64,000 nt of DNA from Planctomycetota bacterium (GTDB lineage Bacteria > Planctomycetota > UBA1135 > UBA2386): positions 1,280,001 to 1,344,000 of the forward strand of contig OZ245838.1 in NCBI GenBank assembly GCA_965228735.1, given 5' to 3'. A program made the translations under genes and the position numbers. Positions within the stretch are counted from its first letter, which is position 1. Every line of letters starts with the position of its first letter. The notes beneath the pieces were generated by a model. The model saw nothing but the letters and a program-made list of their open reading frames with translations. It was not told the origin of the DNA and searched no databases. This document shows, piece by piece, positions 17,746-27,642 of the stretch.

Positions 17746-17800
17746 TTCAAAAACCTGCGAGGTAACTCGTGCGGGTTCAAGTCCCGCCTCCGGCACCATT
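17746..17800 (+). repeat. attR direct repeat (tRNA 3' fragment)
   Basis: Identical to 386-440; lacks the tRNA 5' half. Confidence 0.97.
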
Positions 17801-17816
17801 TCAACTGCGCACGCGG

Positions 17817-18191
17817 CTACCGCCGCGGCTTCGGCCGCACGATCTCGCCCTTCAGCCCCGCGATGATCGCCATCACGTCCGCGGCCTCTTCGACCCCGAC
17901 GTCGACCGCTTCGAGCGCGCGCCGCAGGTGCCCGGCCACGGCCACGAAGTGCGCGGCCTCGAGCTTCAGGTCCTCGTGCGCGGAGCGCAGATCCTCACCC
18001 GTGTATTGCTCCGGCCCGCCGAGCGCCGACGACAGAAACGAGATCTGGTGCGCCCGCAGCGTCTCCATGTCGGTGTCCTCGAAGAACGGCGCGAGCAGCG
18101 GGTCGGCCAGCACCCGACGGTAGAACTCGTCGACGACGATCTCGAGCGCGCCCGTGCCGCCGAGCCGCTGCCAGAGAGATGGGGTTTGCAT
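17817..18191 (-). CDS. Group I truncated haemoglobin
   Basis: SLWQRLGG...VDEFYRRVLADPLLAPFF...HQ...LGGP.QYTG..LRSAH. Confidence 0.92.
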   Translation of the reverse strand: MQTPSLWQRLGGTGALEIVVDEFYRRVLADPLLAPFFEDTDMETLRAHQISFLSSALGGPEQYTGEDLRSAHEDLKLEAAHFVAVAGHLRRALEAVDVGVEEAADVMAIIAGLKGEIVRPKPRR

Positions 18192-18351
18192 GGAAGAGGG
18201 CCGCAGCACGCTCAGAGAGCGTCGGGAACGGTCGTAAGCGGACTGATAACCGCAACTTTCTACCGCTACGGATCCTCGAGGTGGGGTCGCGCGGACCAAT
18301 TGGTCGCGATTTTCCCTGGTCGGCACGACACCACACCGCGTAGCGCCCACC

Positions 18352-21165
18352 GTGACGCAGTCCGCCACCATCGAGAGCCCGACCGTGCGCCGCGTCCTGA
18401 AGACCGGCGCGTTCCTCCTGCTGCTCGCCGTCGGCGCCAGCTTCGCTCGGGCGCAATCCTCTTGCCCGCCGACGACGCTCTACGGCACGGGCACCGCGGG
18501 CACGGGCGGCCTCGCCCCGGCTCTCGAAGCGCTGAGCGTCCCCGTGCTCGGCAACGCCGGGTTCGGTTTCCGGGCCACGGGCGCGCCCGCCAACGCCCCC
18601 GTCGGCCACCTGCTCGGCACGACCCCGACGAGCCAGCCGATCCTCGGCTTCCAGCTCCTCGTCAACGCACCGCTCACGCGGCTCGCGTTCGCCGACCCGA
18701 CCGGCACGAGTGCCGTCGTTCTCGGACTGCCGCTCGACCCGCTGTTCGCCGGCCTCGTGATCCGCTCGCAGGCGATCACGCTGGATCCCGGTGCACCGCA
18801 GGGCATCGCGTCGACCCAGGGCCTCGCGGTCCCGCTGTGCGCCGCGTCGATGACCGACGTCACGGTGAGCAACGCGGTCCGCGTGCCCGCGGTCAAGCGC
18901 CTCGGTCTCAACCTCGGAACGCACGATCGCTGGGGCGCGGCCAAGCTGCTGCAGAACCAGCTGCCCAACCCCGGCTTCGAACCCGGCCTCTTCGGCACCG
19001 TGTGGCTCGCGGACAGCAGCTCGACGACGGACCGCTTCGTCGTCCGGGACTGGACGCCGGGCAACGCCGCGCACGCGCCCGGATTCTGGAACGGCGCCGA
19101 GTTCGAGATCGCGCACGGCCCGGGTGCAGGCACCGCGGGCTACGTGCAGGCGTTCACGCACCAGAACGGGCGCCTCGTGTTCGACCTCGGCAATCACGGC
19201 AACGTCGCGCTGCAGGACCGCGACGTGCTGTTCACCCGGCGCAGGGTAGCGGGCACGCACGGCATGAACGGTGGCGCCGGCACCCCCGACCCGAGCAACC
19301 CGCATCGCGGCACCCAGAGCCTGCGCCTGCAGCCGGGCGAGAACTTCGGCTACGTCATGGACACGAGCTGGCGCGACGGGGATCGCAGCAGCCACAAGCT
19401 GCTCGTCGTCGAGGGCGACTGGCGGATCCGACTGCATGCCCGAGCTGCGAACCCGGGCGACGAGGTGCGCGTGCGCCTGCGGCGCGACGGCAGTCCGCCG
19501 TTCAACCCGACGTTCCTCGATCGGGCGTTCGCGCTCGGCTCGGCGTGGACGCAATACGCGGAGACGCGGACGATCGCGGCGGGCACCGACCAGACGCCCG
19601 ATCCGTGGCCGGTCAACACGTATCGGCCGGCGCTGGTGTTCGAGGTGATCGTGCCGAGCAGCAACTCCGGCCCGGTCTGGATCGATGACGTCGAGCTCTA
19701 CCGCGTGGACGAAGCGACGAACCCGACGGTGTTCACGGACCGACTCGTGCAGCGGCTGGCCGACTACCGCCCCGGCGTGTTGCGCTGGTGGGGTGGGCAG
19801 CTCGGCAGCACGCTCGAGAACATGACGCGCAGCTGGCCCGAACGGCTGAGCACCGGGTTCAAGCCGAACGGCAGCAGCCCGGGCAGCTGGAACTACGGCG
19901 CCCCGGACTTCCTCGAGCTGTGCGACCACCTCGATGCCGAGCCGTGGATCGTCATGCCGCCGACCGCGACGGCCGCGGACCTGCAGGGGTTCGTCGAGTA
20001 CCTCGCGGGCACGAGCGGCCCGATGGCCGCGCGCCGCCAGGCTCAGGGCCGCGCAGCACCGTGGACGACCGCGTTCGATCGCATCCACCTCGAGTGGAGC
20101 AACGAGGCGTGGGGTTCGGGCGCGCCCGGGGACCCGTTCGCGGGCTCGTCGGTGAACGGCGGCGTGCGACTCGGCCGCCTCGCGGATCGCGCGTTCGAGT
20201 TCGTCAAGGCCAGCCCGTGGTATGCGCCGAACGCCGCGCGCTTCGACCTCGTGATCGGCGGGCAGGCCGGGTACAGCGGCCGACAGGCGGAGATCGAGGC
20301 CAACGCGGACGACCACGACAGCACGGCGTTGGCCCCCTACTTCGGCCGGCTCGACACGTTCGGCAACGCGGCCGAGATCTACGGCCCGCTGTTCGCCAAT
20401 CCGCTCTACGAGTCGCTCGCGCCGGGCGGCCGGATGCGCCAGAGCTGGCAGCACCTGCAGAACGCCAGCCAGGGCACCGAACTCTCGATCTACGAGGTCA
20501 ACTACCACACGACGGGCATCATCCCGGGGTTGAGCGCGACCCTGCGGAACGACTTCGTCGCGGGCAGCAGCGGCGCCCTCGCGCTGCCGCTGACGATGCT
20601 CGTGCACCTGACCGAGCTCGGCGCCAGGAACCAGTGCGCGTTCAGCGCGCTGCAGTACTCCTATCGGTTCGACACGTCGGGCGGCTGGCCGCCGCAGCAG
20701 CATCAGTTCGTGCAGGTCTGGGGCATGCTGCGCGACCTCTATCACTTCGACGTGCGGCGCCCCACCTGGGTCGGCGTCGAGGTCTGCAACCGCGCGATCT
20801 TCGGTGACGCGATCACGACGACGCACGGCGGCGACGATCCGGAATGGACGCAGACGCCCATGAACGGCATCGGCACGCCGACCACCGTCGGCTACATCCA
20901 GTCCTTCGCGTTCCGCGACGGCAGCGACTACGGCATCGTGCTGTTCAACCTGAGCCTCGATGAACACCACGGCGTGCGCCTCGTCGTGCCGGGCAGCCCG
21001 CAACCGAACGCGACGATGCACCGGCTCGAACCCGCCGACCTCGCGCTGCGCAACGACCGCACGGAGCTCGTCGCCCCGACGACGGAGCCGATCACCGACT
21101 TCGGCACCGGCTACGAGATGCTGTTGCCGCCGCACAGCGTGCGGGTCGTCACCTGGAACCAGTGA
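18352..21165 (+). CDS. Secreted clan GH-A glycoside hydrolase (GH51-like)
   Basis: Signal peptide, PGVLRWWGG, HLEWSNEAW (acid/base), IYEVNYH (nucleophile), C-terminal LPPHSV beta-sandwich. Confidence 0.7.
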   Translation: MTQSATIESPTVRRVLKTGAFLLLLAVGASFARAQSSCPPTTLYGTGTAGTGGLAPALEALSVPVLGNAGFGFRATGAPANAPVGHLLGTTPTSQPILGFQLLVNAPLTRLAFADPTGTSAVVLGLPLDPLFAGLVIRSQAITLDPGAPQGIASTQGLAVPLCAASMTDVTVSNAVRVPAVKRLGLNLGTHDRWGAAKLLQNQLPNPGFEPGLFGTVWLADSSSTTDRFVVRDWTPGNAAHAPGFWNGAEFEIAHGPGAGTAGYVQAFTHQNGRLVFDLGNHGNVALQDRDVLFTRRRVAGTHGMNGGAGTPDPSNPHRGTQSLRLQPGENFGYVMDTSWRDGDRSSHKLLVVEGDWRIRLHARAANPGDEVRVRLRRDGSPPFNPTFLDRAFALGSAWTQYAETRTIAAGTDQTPDPWPVNTYRPALVFEVIVPSSNSGPVWIDDVELYRVDEATNPTVFTDRLVQRLADYRPGVLRWWGGQLGSTLENMTRSWPERLSTGFKPNGSSPGSWNYGAPDFLELCDHLDAEPWIVMPPTATAADLQGFVEYLAGTSGPMAARRQAQGRAAPWTTAFDRIHLEWSNEAWGSGAPGDPFAGSSVNGGVRLGRLADRAFEFVKASPWYAPNAARFDLVIGGQAGYSGRQAEIEANADDHDSTALAPYFGRLDTFGNAAEIYGPLFANPLYESLAPGGRMRQSWQHLQNASQGTELSIYEVNYHTTGIIPGLSATLRNDFVAGSSGALALPLTMLVHLTELGARNQCAFSALQYSYRFDTSGGWPPQQHQFVQVWGMLRDLYHFDVRRPTWVGVEVCNRAIFGDAITTTHGGDDPEWTQTPMNGIGTPTTVGYIQSFAFRDGSDYGIVLFNLSLDEHHGVRLVVPGSPQPNATMHRLEPADLALRNDRTELVAPTTEPITDFGTGYEMLLPPHSVRVVTWNQ

Positions 21166-21232
21166 CGACGCGTCGGGACGGCAGCCCGCGTCGATCGCCC
21201 CGCCCGCCGGCAAGACCGGCTACCATGGCGCG

Positions 21233-22381
21233 ATGGACTCCGCCCTTGCAGCTGCCGCCGCCACGGCCCTCTCCGCAGCCGCCCTCGGCGCGCAACAGTC
21301 CTGGATCGTGGACCCGAACGGCACGGGGCAGTTCACGAGCCTCGCCCCGGCGATCGCAGCGTCGAACCCCGGCGATCTGATCCTGCTTCGCGGTGGCGGC
21401 TCGTATTCGGCCGTTCACCTCGTCGACAAACCACTGCAGATCATCGGCGAGGGGCCGACCCGCTCCTCCGTCCAGTCTCTCGTGCAGTCCGGGCAGACGG
21501 TCATGGGCACCAGCTCGTACCGCGGTTTCGACGTGCAGGAGATCCGCCTCGAGCAACCGACCACGATGGCGGACCTGCGTGTCCGAGCCATCGCGGTCAC
21601 CAATGGCGCCGTCCTCGCGGCCCACGACTGCGACGTCGGCAGTTCCTGGTCGACCACCCCGTGGTTCGGCCCGGCCCTCGTCGTCGTTGCGGGTACCGCG
21701 ACACTCAACGACTGTCGGGTGCGCGGCAACCTGCCGACGCTGGCGAACCCGCTGTTCTGCACGCACTGGCCGAGCCCCGGCCTGGCGGTTCAGCCGAGCA
21801 GCACGCTGACACTCTCCGACTGCGTCGTCGAAGGCGGACCGGACACCACCGTGTTCTGCTCGTCGCCACCGGCGCCCCCCGGGGTCGGCATCGTGGCCAA
21901 CGGCACGGTCCGCGTCACGCGCTCGGACATTCGCGGCGGCGCCCGCCAGAACGGAGTTCGAGTCGCTGCGGTCAGCGTGGGACCGACCGGTGTGGTGCTC
22001 CACGACGCCTCGGCGACGTTCGACCCGCCCTCGTTCCAGCCGACCCTCGAGTTCCTGCCCGGCACGGTCGCCAGCGACGCCCTGCCGGGACAGACGATCT
22101 TCGCCAGCGCCGTGAGCCAGCCGGGGCTGCCCGCCGCGCTCATCGCCGGACTCGGCCTGCGAGCCCCGACGCCAACGGGGCTCGGCGAGGCCTGGGTCGC
22201 CCCGAACGCGTTCGTCGTCCTGGCGATCGGCCTGACCGATGGGACCGGCAAGCTCGACAGCTCCGTCGTGCTCCCGCCGACCAGCCCAAGAGGCCTGCCG
22301 ATCACGTTCCAGGGCCTGGCCGCACCGAGCCTGAACGCACCGCCAGCGCTCGGTGTTCCCGCCATCGTGCATGTGCTCTGA
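21233..22381 (+). CDS. Secreted beta-helix-like hypothetical protein
   Basis: Signal peptide, WIVDPNGTGQFTSLAPAIAASNPGDLILLRGGGSY. Confidence 0.75.
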   Translation: MDSALAAAAATALSAAALGAQQSWIVDPNGTGQFTSLAPAIAASNPGDLILLRGGGSYSAVHLVDKPLQIIGEGPTRSSVQSLVQSGQTVMGTSSYRGFDVQEIRLEQPTTMADLRVRAIAVTNGAVLAAHDCDVGSSWSTTPWFGPALVVVAGTATLNDCRVRGNLPTLANPLFCTHWPSPGLAVQPSSTLTLSDCVVEGGPDTTVFCSSPPAPPGVGIVANGTVRVTRSDIRGGARQNGVRVAAVSVGPTGVVLHDASATFDPPSFQPTLEFLPGTVASDALPGQTIFASAVSQPGLPAALIAGLGLRAPTPTGLGEAWVAPNAFVVLAIGLTDGTGKLDSSVVLPPTSPRGLPITFQGLAAPSLNAPPALGVPAIVHVL

Positions 22382-22403
22382 CGGGTCGGGCGAGCACGAC
22401 GAG

Positions 22404-23534
22404 TCAGTTCGCCTCCGGCCGCTCGAGCGCGTCCGCGAGCGCGCTCCGCACCTCGGGGCGGACGATCCGGACCGGAGCCGGCGGGCGGGCGCGCGGCCCG
22501 GCACGATCGATCGCGAGATCCAGCAGCCGGTCGAGCAGTTGCGTGAACGAGTAGCCCGCCGCGCGCGCGGCCTGCGGCAGCAGACTCTCGGCCGTCATGC
22601 CAGGGATCGTGTTGACCTCGAGCACGCGCGGGCCGGCCTCGGTGACGATCATGTCCGTGCGTGACATCCCATCGCACACGAGCGCGATGTGACAGCGCTT
22701 GCCGAGCTCGGCGACTTCCTCGAGCTGCAGGTTCGACAGCCCGCGCGGCGGGATGACCTCCTCCGTCGCGCCCGGGGTGTACTTGGCTTCGTGCGTGAAG
22801 TAGTCCGCGTTCCGTGGGTAGATCCCGATCGCGGGCAATGCTTCGAGGTCGTCGCCGGTGTTGCCGAGCACCGCGACCGTGATCTCCTCGCCGACCAGTT
22901 CTTCCTCCGCGTGCCAGCGCCGAAACGTCGCGCTGAACTCCTCGCAGAACTTCGCGAGCTCCACCGCCGAGCCGACCCGACGAACGCCGACCGTGCTGCC
23001 GGACAGGTCCGCCTTCACGAACGCCGGCGCACCGACGGCCGCGCTCAGCGCCGCGAACTCGAGCTTGGCGTTGGCCGCGGCGAGCGGCCGGCGCGACTCG
23101 TAGGCGCGCGGCATCGGCACGTCGGCCTGCGCGAGCGCCGCACGCGTGCGCAGCTTGTCCATCGCCACGGCGGACGCAGCCGCACCCGAGCCGACGCACG
23201 GCAGGTCGTGCAGCGCGAGCATCCCCTGGATCGTCCCGTCCTCGCCGAACGGGCCGTGCAGCACCGGGAACACCGCTCGCAACGCGGCGCGTTCCAGCAG
23301 ATGATCGAGCGCGGCCCCGGGGCGCATCGGTCCGTCACAGCTGCCGTCCGCCGGCCGCCACACGACGTCCGCCCCGAGCGGTTCACGCCGCGGCCACCAG
23401 CCACCGTCGCGGTCGAGATAGACCGGCCAGACGCGCCAACGCGCGCGATCGAGATGCTGCAACACCTGCGCTGCCGAGCGCAGGGAGACGTCGTGTTCCG
23501 GCGAACGCCCGCCGGCGAGAACCGCGATATCCAT
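22404..23534 (-). CDS. ddl: D-alanine--D-alanine ligase
   Basis: GGRSPEHDVSLRS, LHGPFGEDGTIQG, LEVNTIPGMT. Confidence 0.95.
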   Translation of the reverse strand: MDIAVLAGGRSPEHDVSLRSAAQVLQHLDRARWRVWPVYLDRDGGWWPRREPLGADVVWRPADGSCDGPMRPGAALDHLLERAALRAVFPVLHGPFGEDGTIQGMLALHDLPCVGSGAAASAVAMDKLRTRAALAQADVPMPRAYESRRPLAAANAKLEFAALSAAVGAPAFVKADLSGSTVGVRRVGSAVELAKFCEEFSATFRRWHAEEELVGEEITVAVLGNTGDDLEALPAIGIYPRNADYFTHEAKYTPGATEEVIPPRGLSNLQLEEVAELGKRCHIALVCDGMSRTDMIVTEAGPRVLEVNTIPGMTAESLLPQAARAAGYSFTQLLDRLLDLAIDRAGPRARPPAPVRIVRPEVRSALADALERPEAN

Positions 23535-23599
23535 GGGCCACCCTCCCAGGTGTCCCGCTCAAACTACGACATCGGGTCGGCGATATCGAGCCAGCCGAA

Positions 23600-23650
23600 G
23601 CAGCCGGCTTCGTGGGCAGCCGGCTTCGTGGGCAGCGCGCTTCGTGGGCA
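23600..23650. repeat. 16-bp tandem repeat x3
   Basis: GCAGCCGGCTTCGTGG x2 plus GCAGCGCGCTTCGTGG, intergenic upstream of ddl. Confidence 0.8.
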
Positions 23651-23708
23651 CCTGGCAGCGATCGCGGCGCAGGCAACGGGTTGCGGGTGTTCGACCACCC
23701 GCAAGGCA

Positions 23709-24632
23709 TCAGCTCGCGAACGCGCCGGTCGCGGCGGCCGCCCCCCAGAGGATCGCATCCGAGCCGCCGAGGCTTTCGACGAAGCACAGGTCCTCGTGGA
23801 TGACCTCCCGGGTGTGCTCGCGCACGTGCCGCTCGATGCGGCCGCGCAGCTCCGGCCAGCCCTCGAGCACGCCGCCGCCGAGGACGATGGCGTTGGGATC
23901 GAGCGTCGTGCAGAGATTCTCGACGAGCACGCATGCGGCGATCGCGGCGTCCTCGAGCACCTCCTGCGCGCGCCCGTCGGTCCGCGCCGCGTCGACGACG
24001 TCACCGACGGTCCATCGGCTCTCGCCATCGGAACGCGGACCGAGGACCTCCGCGGCACGCTCGGTGATCGCTCGCCCGCCGCAGTAGGCCTCGAAGTGCC
24101 CGGGTTGCCCGCACGGGCACGTTCGCCCACCCGGACGGAACGTCGTGTGACCGATCTCACCCGCGGCGTTGCTGCCGCCGCCGTAGGGCCGGCCGTCGAC
24201 GATGATGCCGATCCCGATGCCGGTGCCGAAGAACAGGCACACGAGCGGGTCCTTGCCGCTGGCGTGGCCGCGCAGGTACTCGCCCCACGCGCTCGCGCGC
24301 CCGTCGTTGATCAACGTCGTCGGCACGTCGAGTCGTTCGCTCACGTGGCGGCCGAGCGAGAAGTCGTGCAGCGGCACGTTCGTCGCGTTACGCACCCGTT
24401 GACCGTCGGGCGGGATCACGCCGGCGACACCGAACGCGGCAGCGCAGGGCGCCTCGAAGCCGGCCGGTCGCGCGGCCAAGGTCGCATCGATACCCCGGTC
24501 CAGCGCGGCGAGGAACTCCGCCTGGTCCCGCACGGTCTCGATCTTGGTGATGCCGTGGACGCCGAGGTCCTCGCTGACGAGCGCGAACCGACACTTCGTG
24601 CCGCCGAGGTCGCCGGCGAGGACCGTGCGCAT
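23709..24632 (-). CDS. ROK family sugar kinase
   Basis: DLGGTK, GTGIG, AGEIGH, CPCG..GHFE. Confidence 0.92.
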   Translation of the reverse strand: MRTVLAGDLGGTKCRFALVSEDLGVHGITKIETVRDQAEFLAALDRGIDATLAARPAGFEAPCAAAFGVAGVIPPDGQRVRNATNVPLHDFSLGRHVSERLDVPTTLINDGRASAWGEYLRGHASGKDPLVCLFFGTGIGIGIIVDGRPYGGGSNAAGEIGHTTFRPGGRTCPCGQPGHFEAYCGGRAITERAAEVLGPRSDGESRWTVGDVVDAARTDGRAQEVLEDAAIAACVLVENLCTTLDPNAIVLGGGVLEGWPELRGRIERHVREHTREVIHEDLCFVESLGGSDAILWGAAAATGAFAS

Positions 24633-24970
24633 CAGTCCTCCGAGAGGATCTCCATGAGCTCGTCGAGCAGCTTCACGAGCTCCTGGTTCTGGCGCTCGAG
24701 CACCGTCACGCGCAGCATCACCTTCTCCAGCACGGGCGGCAGGATCGTCTCCAGCGTGACCTGCTTGATCATCTGGAAGGTCTCGACCTGATGCGGATTG
24801 GTCTGTTCCTTGCCGTCGAAGTGGAAGTGGTAGGCGTTCTGCATCGCCTCGGCCGTGTGGCCGAGGATCTCGCGCGCGACGTCGGCGTCCTGCTGCTCGG
24901 TCGAGTGGTGCGTGAGTTTGAAGGCCTCGACCTTGTAGCGATGGAGAGCTTCCTTGAGCTGGTGCTTCAC
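24632..24970 (-). CDS. Hypothetical protein
   Basis: AAGGA RBS with GTG start, strong codon bias, TGATG-coupled to the ROK gene. Confidence 0.7.
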   Translation of the reverse strand: MKHQLKEALHRYKVEAFKLTHHSTEQQDADVAREILGHTAEAMQNAYHFHFDGKEQTNPHQVETFQMIKQVTLETILPPVLEKVMLRVTVLERQNQELVKLLDELMEILSED

Positions 24971-25237
24971 GGGGGTCCTTGGTCTTTCGGGGCCAGAACG
25001 GCCGGCGCTGCGGCGGGCCGATCGGCAGTCAGGGAGAGGGCAATTCGCGGCCTCATTGCTATCCCAGCGGTCGCGCCGCCGCAATGGGGCACTCTCCGGA
25101 GACCGCGTCTCGGGCACCGGAATACGCGCCCGACGCGCCTGCTACGCGACCACCGCCCAGCCGCCAAAACCGGGCGAGCGAGAACCGGGCGGGCCGAAAC
25201 CCGGGCGGCCAGAATCCCGGCAATCCAAACCTACCCG

Positions 25238-26488
25238 TCAGATCGCGCCGACGAGCAGGCAGGTGTTGTGGCCGCCGAAGCCCAGGGAGTTGCTGATCGC
25301 GTACCGGACCGGCATCTCGCGCGCCTCGTTCGGCACGTAGTCGAGGTCGCAGTCCGGATCCGGCGTCTCCTGGTTGATCGTCGGGTGCACCGCGCCGCGC
25401 TGGATCGACTGCGCGCAGGCCGCGAGTTCGACCGCGCCCGAAGCCCCGAGCAGATGGCCGACCATCGACTTGCTCGACGATACCGCGAGCTTCCTGGCGT
25501 GATCGCCGAACACCTTCTTCAGCGCCAGCGTCTCGATCTTGTCGTTGAGTGCCGTGCTCGTGCCGTGCGCGTTGACGTAGTCGATCTTGTCGCCGTCGAT
25601 GCCGCCGTCACTCAGCGCCATGCGCATCGCGCGACTCGGACCATCGGCGTCCTCGTTGGGCGCCGTGATGTGATGCGCATCATCGGTCGAGCCGTAGCCG
25701 AGCACTTCGCAGAGGATCGGCGCACCGCGCTTCTTGGCGTGCTCGTACTCCTCGAGCACGAGGGCCGCGGCCCCTTCGCCCATCACGAAGCCGTCGCGCT
25801 CCTTGTCGAACGGCCGCGACGCGCGCTTGGGATCGTCGTTGCGCGTCGACAGCGCCTTGAGCGAGCAGAAGCCCGCGAGACCGAGCTCGGTCGTCGCGCC
25901 TTCGGACCCGCCCGTCAACACCATGTCGGCCTCGCCCCACTGGATCGTCCGCAGCGCCAGCCCGAGCGCGTGGCTCGCGCTCGCGCACGCCGACGACGTC
26001 ACGTAGCACGTGCCCTGCAGGTTGAAGCGAATGGCCGCCTGACCGGCCATCGCGTTCGACATGATCTTGGGAATGAAGAACGGGCTGACGCGGTTGGCGC
26101 CGCGCTCAAGCTGCAGCTTGCGCGATGCCTCGATCTCCCAGATGCCGCCGATGCCGGTGCCGAGGATGCAGCCCATGCGCGTGCGATCCCCGCTGGCCAC
26201 CGCATCGTCGCCGGCCAGCCCCGAGGCCTTCATCGCCTCGTCGGCCGCGACGAGGTAGTACATCGTGAACTTCTCGAGTCGCTTGGCCTCCGACCTCGGG
26301 AACCACCGCTCCTCGTCCCAGTCCCACACGTCGCACGCGAACTTCGTCGTGTGCTTGGACGTGTCGAAGCGGGTGATCGGGCCGGCCCCGGACTTGCCCG
26401 CGAGCAGGCTGTCCCAGGTCGACTGGAGATCGAGACCGAGGCTCGTGACGGCCCCGGCGCCCGTGATGACTACGCGCCGTCGTTGCAT
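25238..26488 (-). CDS. fabF: 3-oxoacyl-ACP synthase II
   Basis: SACAS, NAHGTST, GHLLGA, NSLGFGGHN. Confidence 0.96.
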   Translation of the reverse strand: MQRRRVVITGAGAVTSLGLDLQSTWDSLLAGKSGAGPITRFDTSKHTTKFACDVWDWDEERWFPRSEAKRLEKFTMYYLVAADEAMKASGLAGDDAVASGDRTRMGCILGTGIGGIWEIEASRKLQLERGANRVSPFFIPKIMSNAMAGQAAIRFNLQGTCYVTSSACASASHALGLALRTIQWGEADMVLTGGSEGATTELGLAGFCSLKALSTRNDDPKRASRPFDKERDGFVMGEGAAALVLEEYEHAKKRGAPILCEVLGYGSTDDAHHITAPNEDADGPSRAMRMALSDGGIDGDKIDYVNAHGTSTALNDKIETLALKKVFGDHARKLAVSSSKSMVGHLLGASGAVELAACAQSIQRGAVHPTINQETPDPDCDLDYVPNEAREMPVRYAISNSLGFGGHNTCLLVGAI

Positions 26489-26507
26489 CCGTGCCCAGCG
26501 ACCTCGC

Positions 26508-26759
26508 TCAGGCGAGCTTGCCGGAGATGTAGTCGACGGCAGCGCCGACGGTCTGGATCTTCTCGGCGTCCTCGTCCGGGATGTTGATCTCGAACTCGTC
26601 CTCGAACTCCATCACGAGCTCGACGGTATCCAGCGAGTCCGCCCCGAGGTCGTTGATGAACGACGTCTCCGGGGTGATCTTGTCGCGGGTCGTCCCGAGC
26701 TGCTCGCAGACGATGTTGTGGACGCGTTCTTCGATGTTCTCTGTCTTCGACACTGTCAT
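26508..26759 (-). CDS. acpP: Acyl carrier protein
   Basis: [14 protein letters not shown]. Confidence 0.97.
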   Translation of the reverse strand: MTVSKTENIEERVHNIVCEQLGTTRDKITPETSFINDLGADSLDTVELVMEFEDEFEINIPDEDAEKIQTVGAAVDYISGKLA

Positions 26760-26816
26760 TCCTCGTTCACAAGGTGTGATGCTGCCGCCTGGCCGGGGGC
26801 CGGCGGCGCGCGAAAT

Positions 26817-27566
26817 CTACATGGTCATGCCGCCGTCCACCACGAGCGTTTGCCCCGTGATGTAGGACGCGGCGTCCGAGCACAAAAATGCAACCACGCC
26901 GGCCACGTCGCCAGGACTCCCCGGGCGCTGCAGCGGAATTCGTTCTTGCATCCGCGCCCTGGCCTCTTCTGGGACCTCGGCGGTCATGTCCGTCTCGATG
27001 AACCCGGGCGCCACGACGTTGACCGTGAGCCCGCGGCCGGCGAACTCCTGGGCCAGCGACTTGCTGAGTCCGACGAGACCGGCCTTGCTCGCGGCGTAGT
27101 TGGCCTGGCCCGTGTTGCCGGTGATGCCGACGACCGAGCCGACGTTGACGATGCGCGCGCCACCGCCCTTGGGCAGCTTGCGCACGAAGGCCTTGCAGAC
27201 GAGGAACGCGCCGCGCAGGTTCGTCTGGACGACGGCGTCGAAGTCCTCCTCGCCCATGCGCAGGAACGGCCCGTCGCGGGTGATGCCGGCGTTGTTGACC
27301 ACGAAGTCGACGTGCTTGTGGCTGCCGAGCACGAACTCCTGCAGCGCCGCCACGCTCGCCGGATCGGTCACGTCGCACGCGACCGCCACGCCCTCGCCGT
27401 GGCCCGCGGGCAGATCGTCGATCGCGGCCAGCGTCGCATCGCAACCGCCCGCGCGGGTCGACGTGCAGAACACCTTGGCGCCGCGACTGGCGAGCGCGAC
27501 GGCGATGGCCCGCCCGATGCCGCGCGAGGCGCCGGTCACGACCGCGATCTTGTTCTCGAACTCCAT
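26817..27566 (-). CDS. fabG: 3-oxoacyl-ACP reductase
   Basis: [21 protein letters not shown]; operon context. Confidence 0.95.
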   Translation of the reverse strand: MEFENKIAVVTGASRGIGRAIAVALASRGAKVFCTSTRAGGCDATLAAIDDLPAGHGEGVAVACDVTDPASVAALQEFVLGSHKHVDFVVNNAGITRDGPFLRMGEEDFDAVVQTNLRGAFLVCKAFVRKLPKGGGARIVNVGSVVGITGNTGQANYAASKAGLVGLSKSLAQEFAGRGLTVNVVAPGFIETDMTAEVPEEARARMQERIPLQRPGSPGDVAGVVAFLCSDAASYITGQTLVVDGGMTM

Positions 27567-27642
27567 CACCTATCCTTCGGCGGGGTGCCTTCCGGGGGAT
27601 ACATCGCCAGGGGAATACTCATCGCAGCGGCGCAGAACGCCC

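Larger units (their letters stand above)
386..17800. mobile_element. Integrated phage-satellite-like element, 17,360 bp repeat to repeat
   Basis: 55-bp direct repeat of the tRNA 3' half at both ends, integrase next to the tRNA, partial phage gene set and defence-like cargo. Confidence 0.92.

Noticed and set aside
17746..17798. Second copy of a tRNA-Leu gene
   Set aside because: Only the 3' half from the anticodon loop is present; this is attR
386..17800. Complete self-sufficient prophage
   Set aside because: No recognisable capsid, portal, TerL, tail tube or lysis genes; a defective prophage remains a live alternative to the satellite reading
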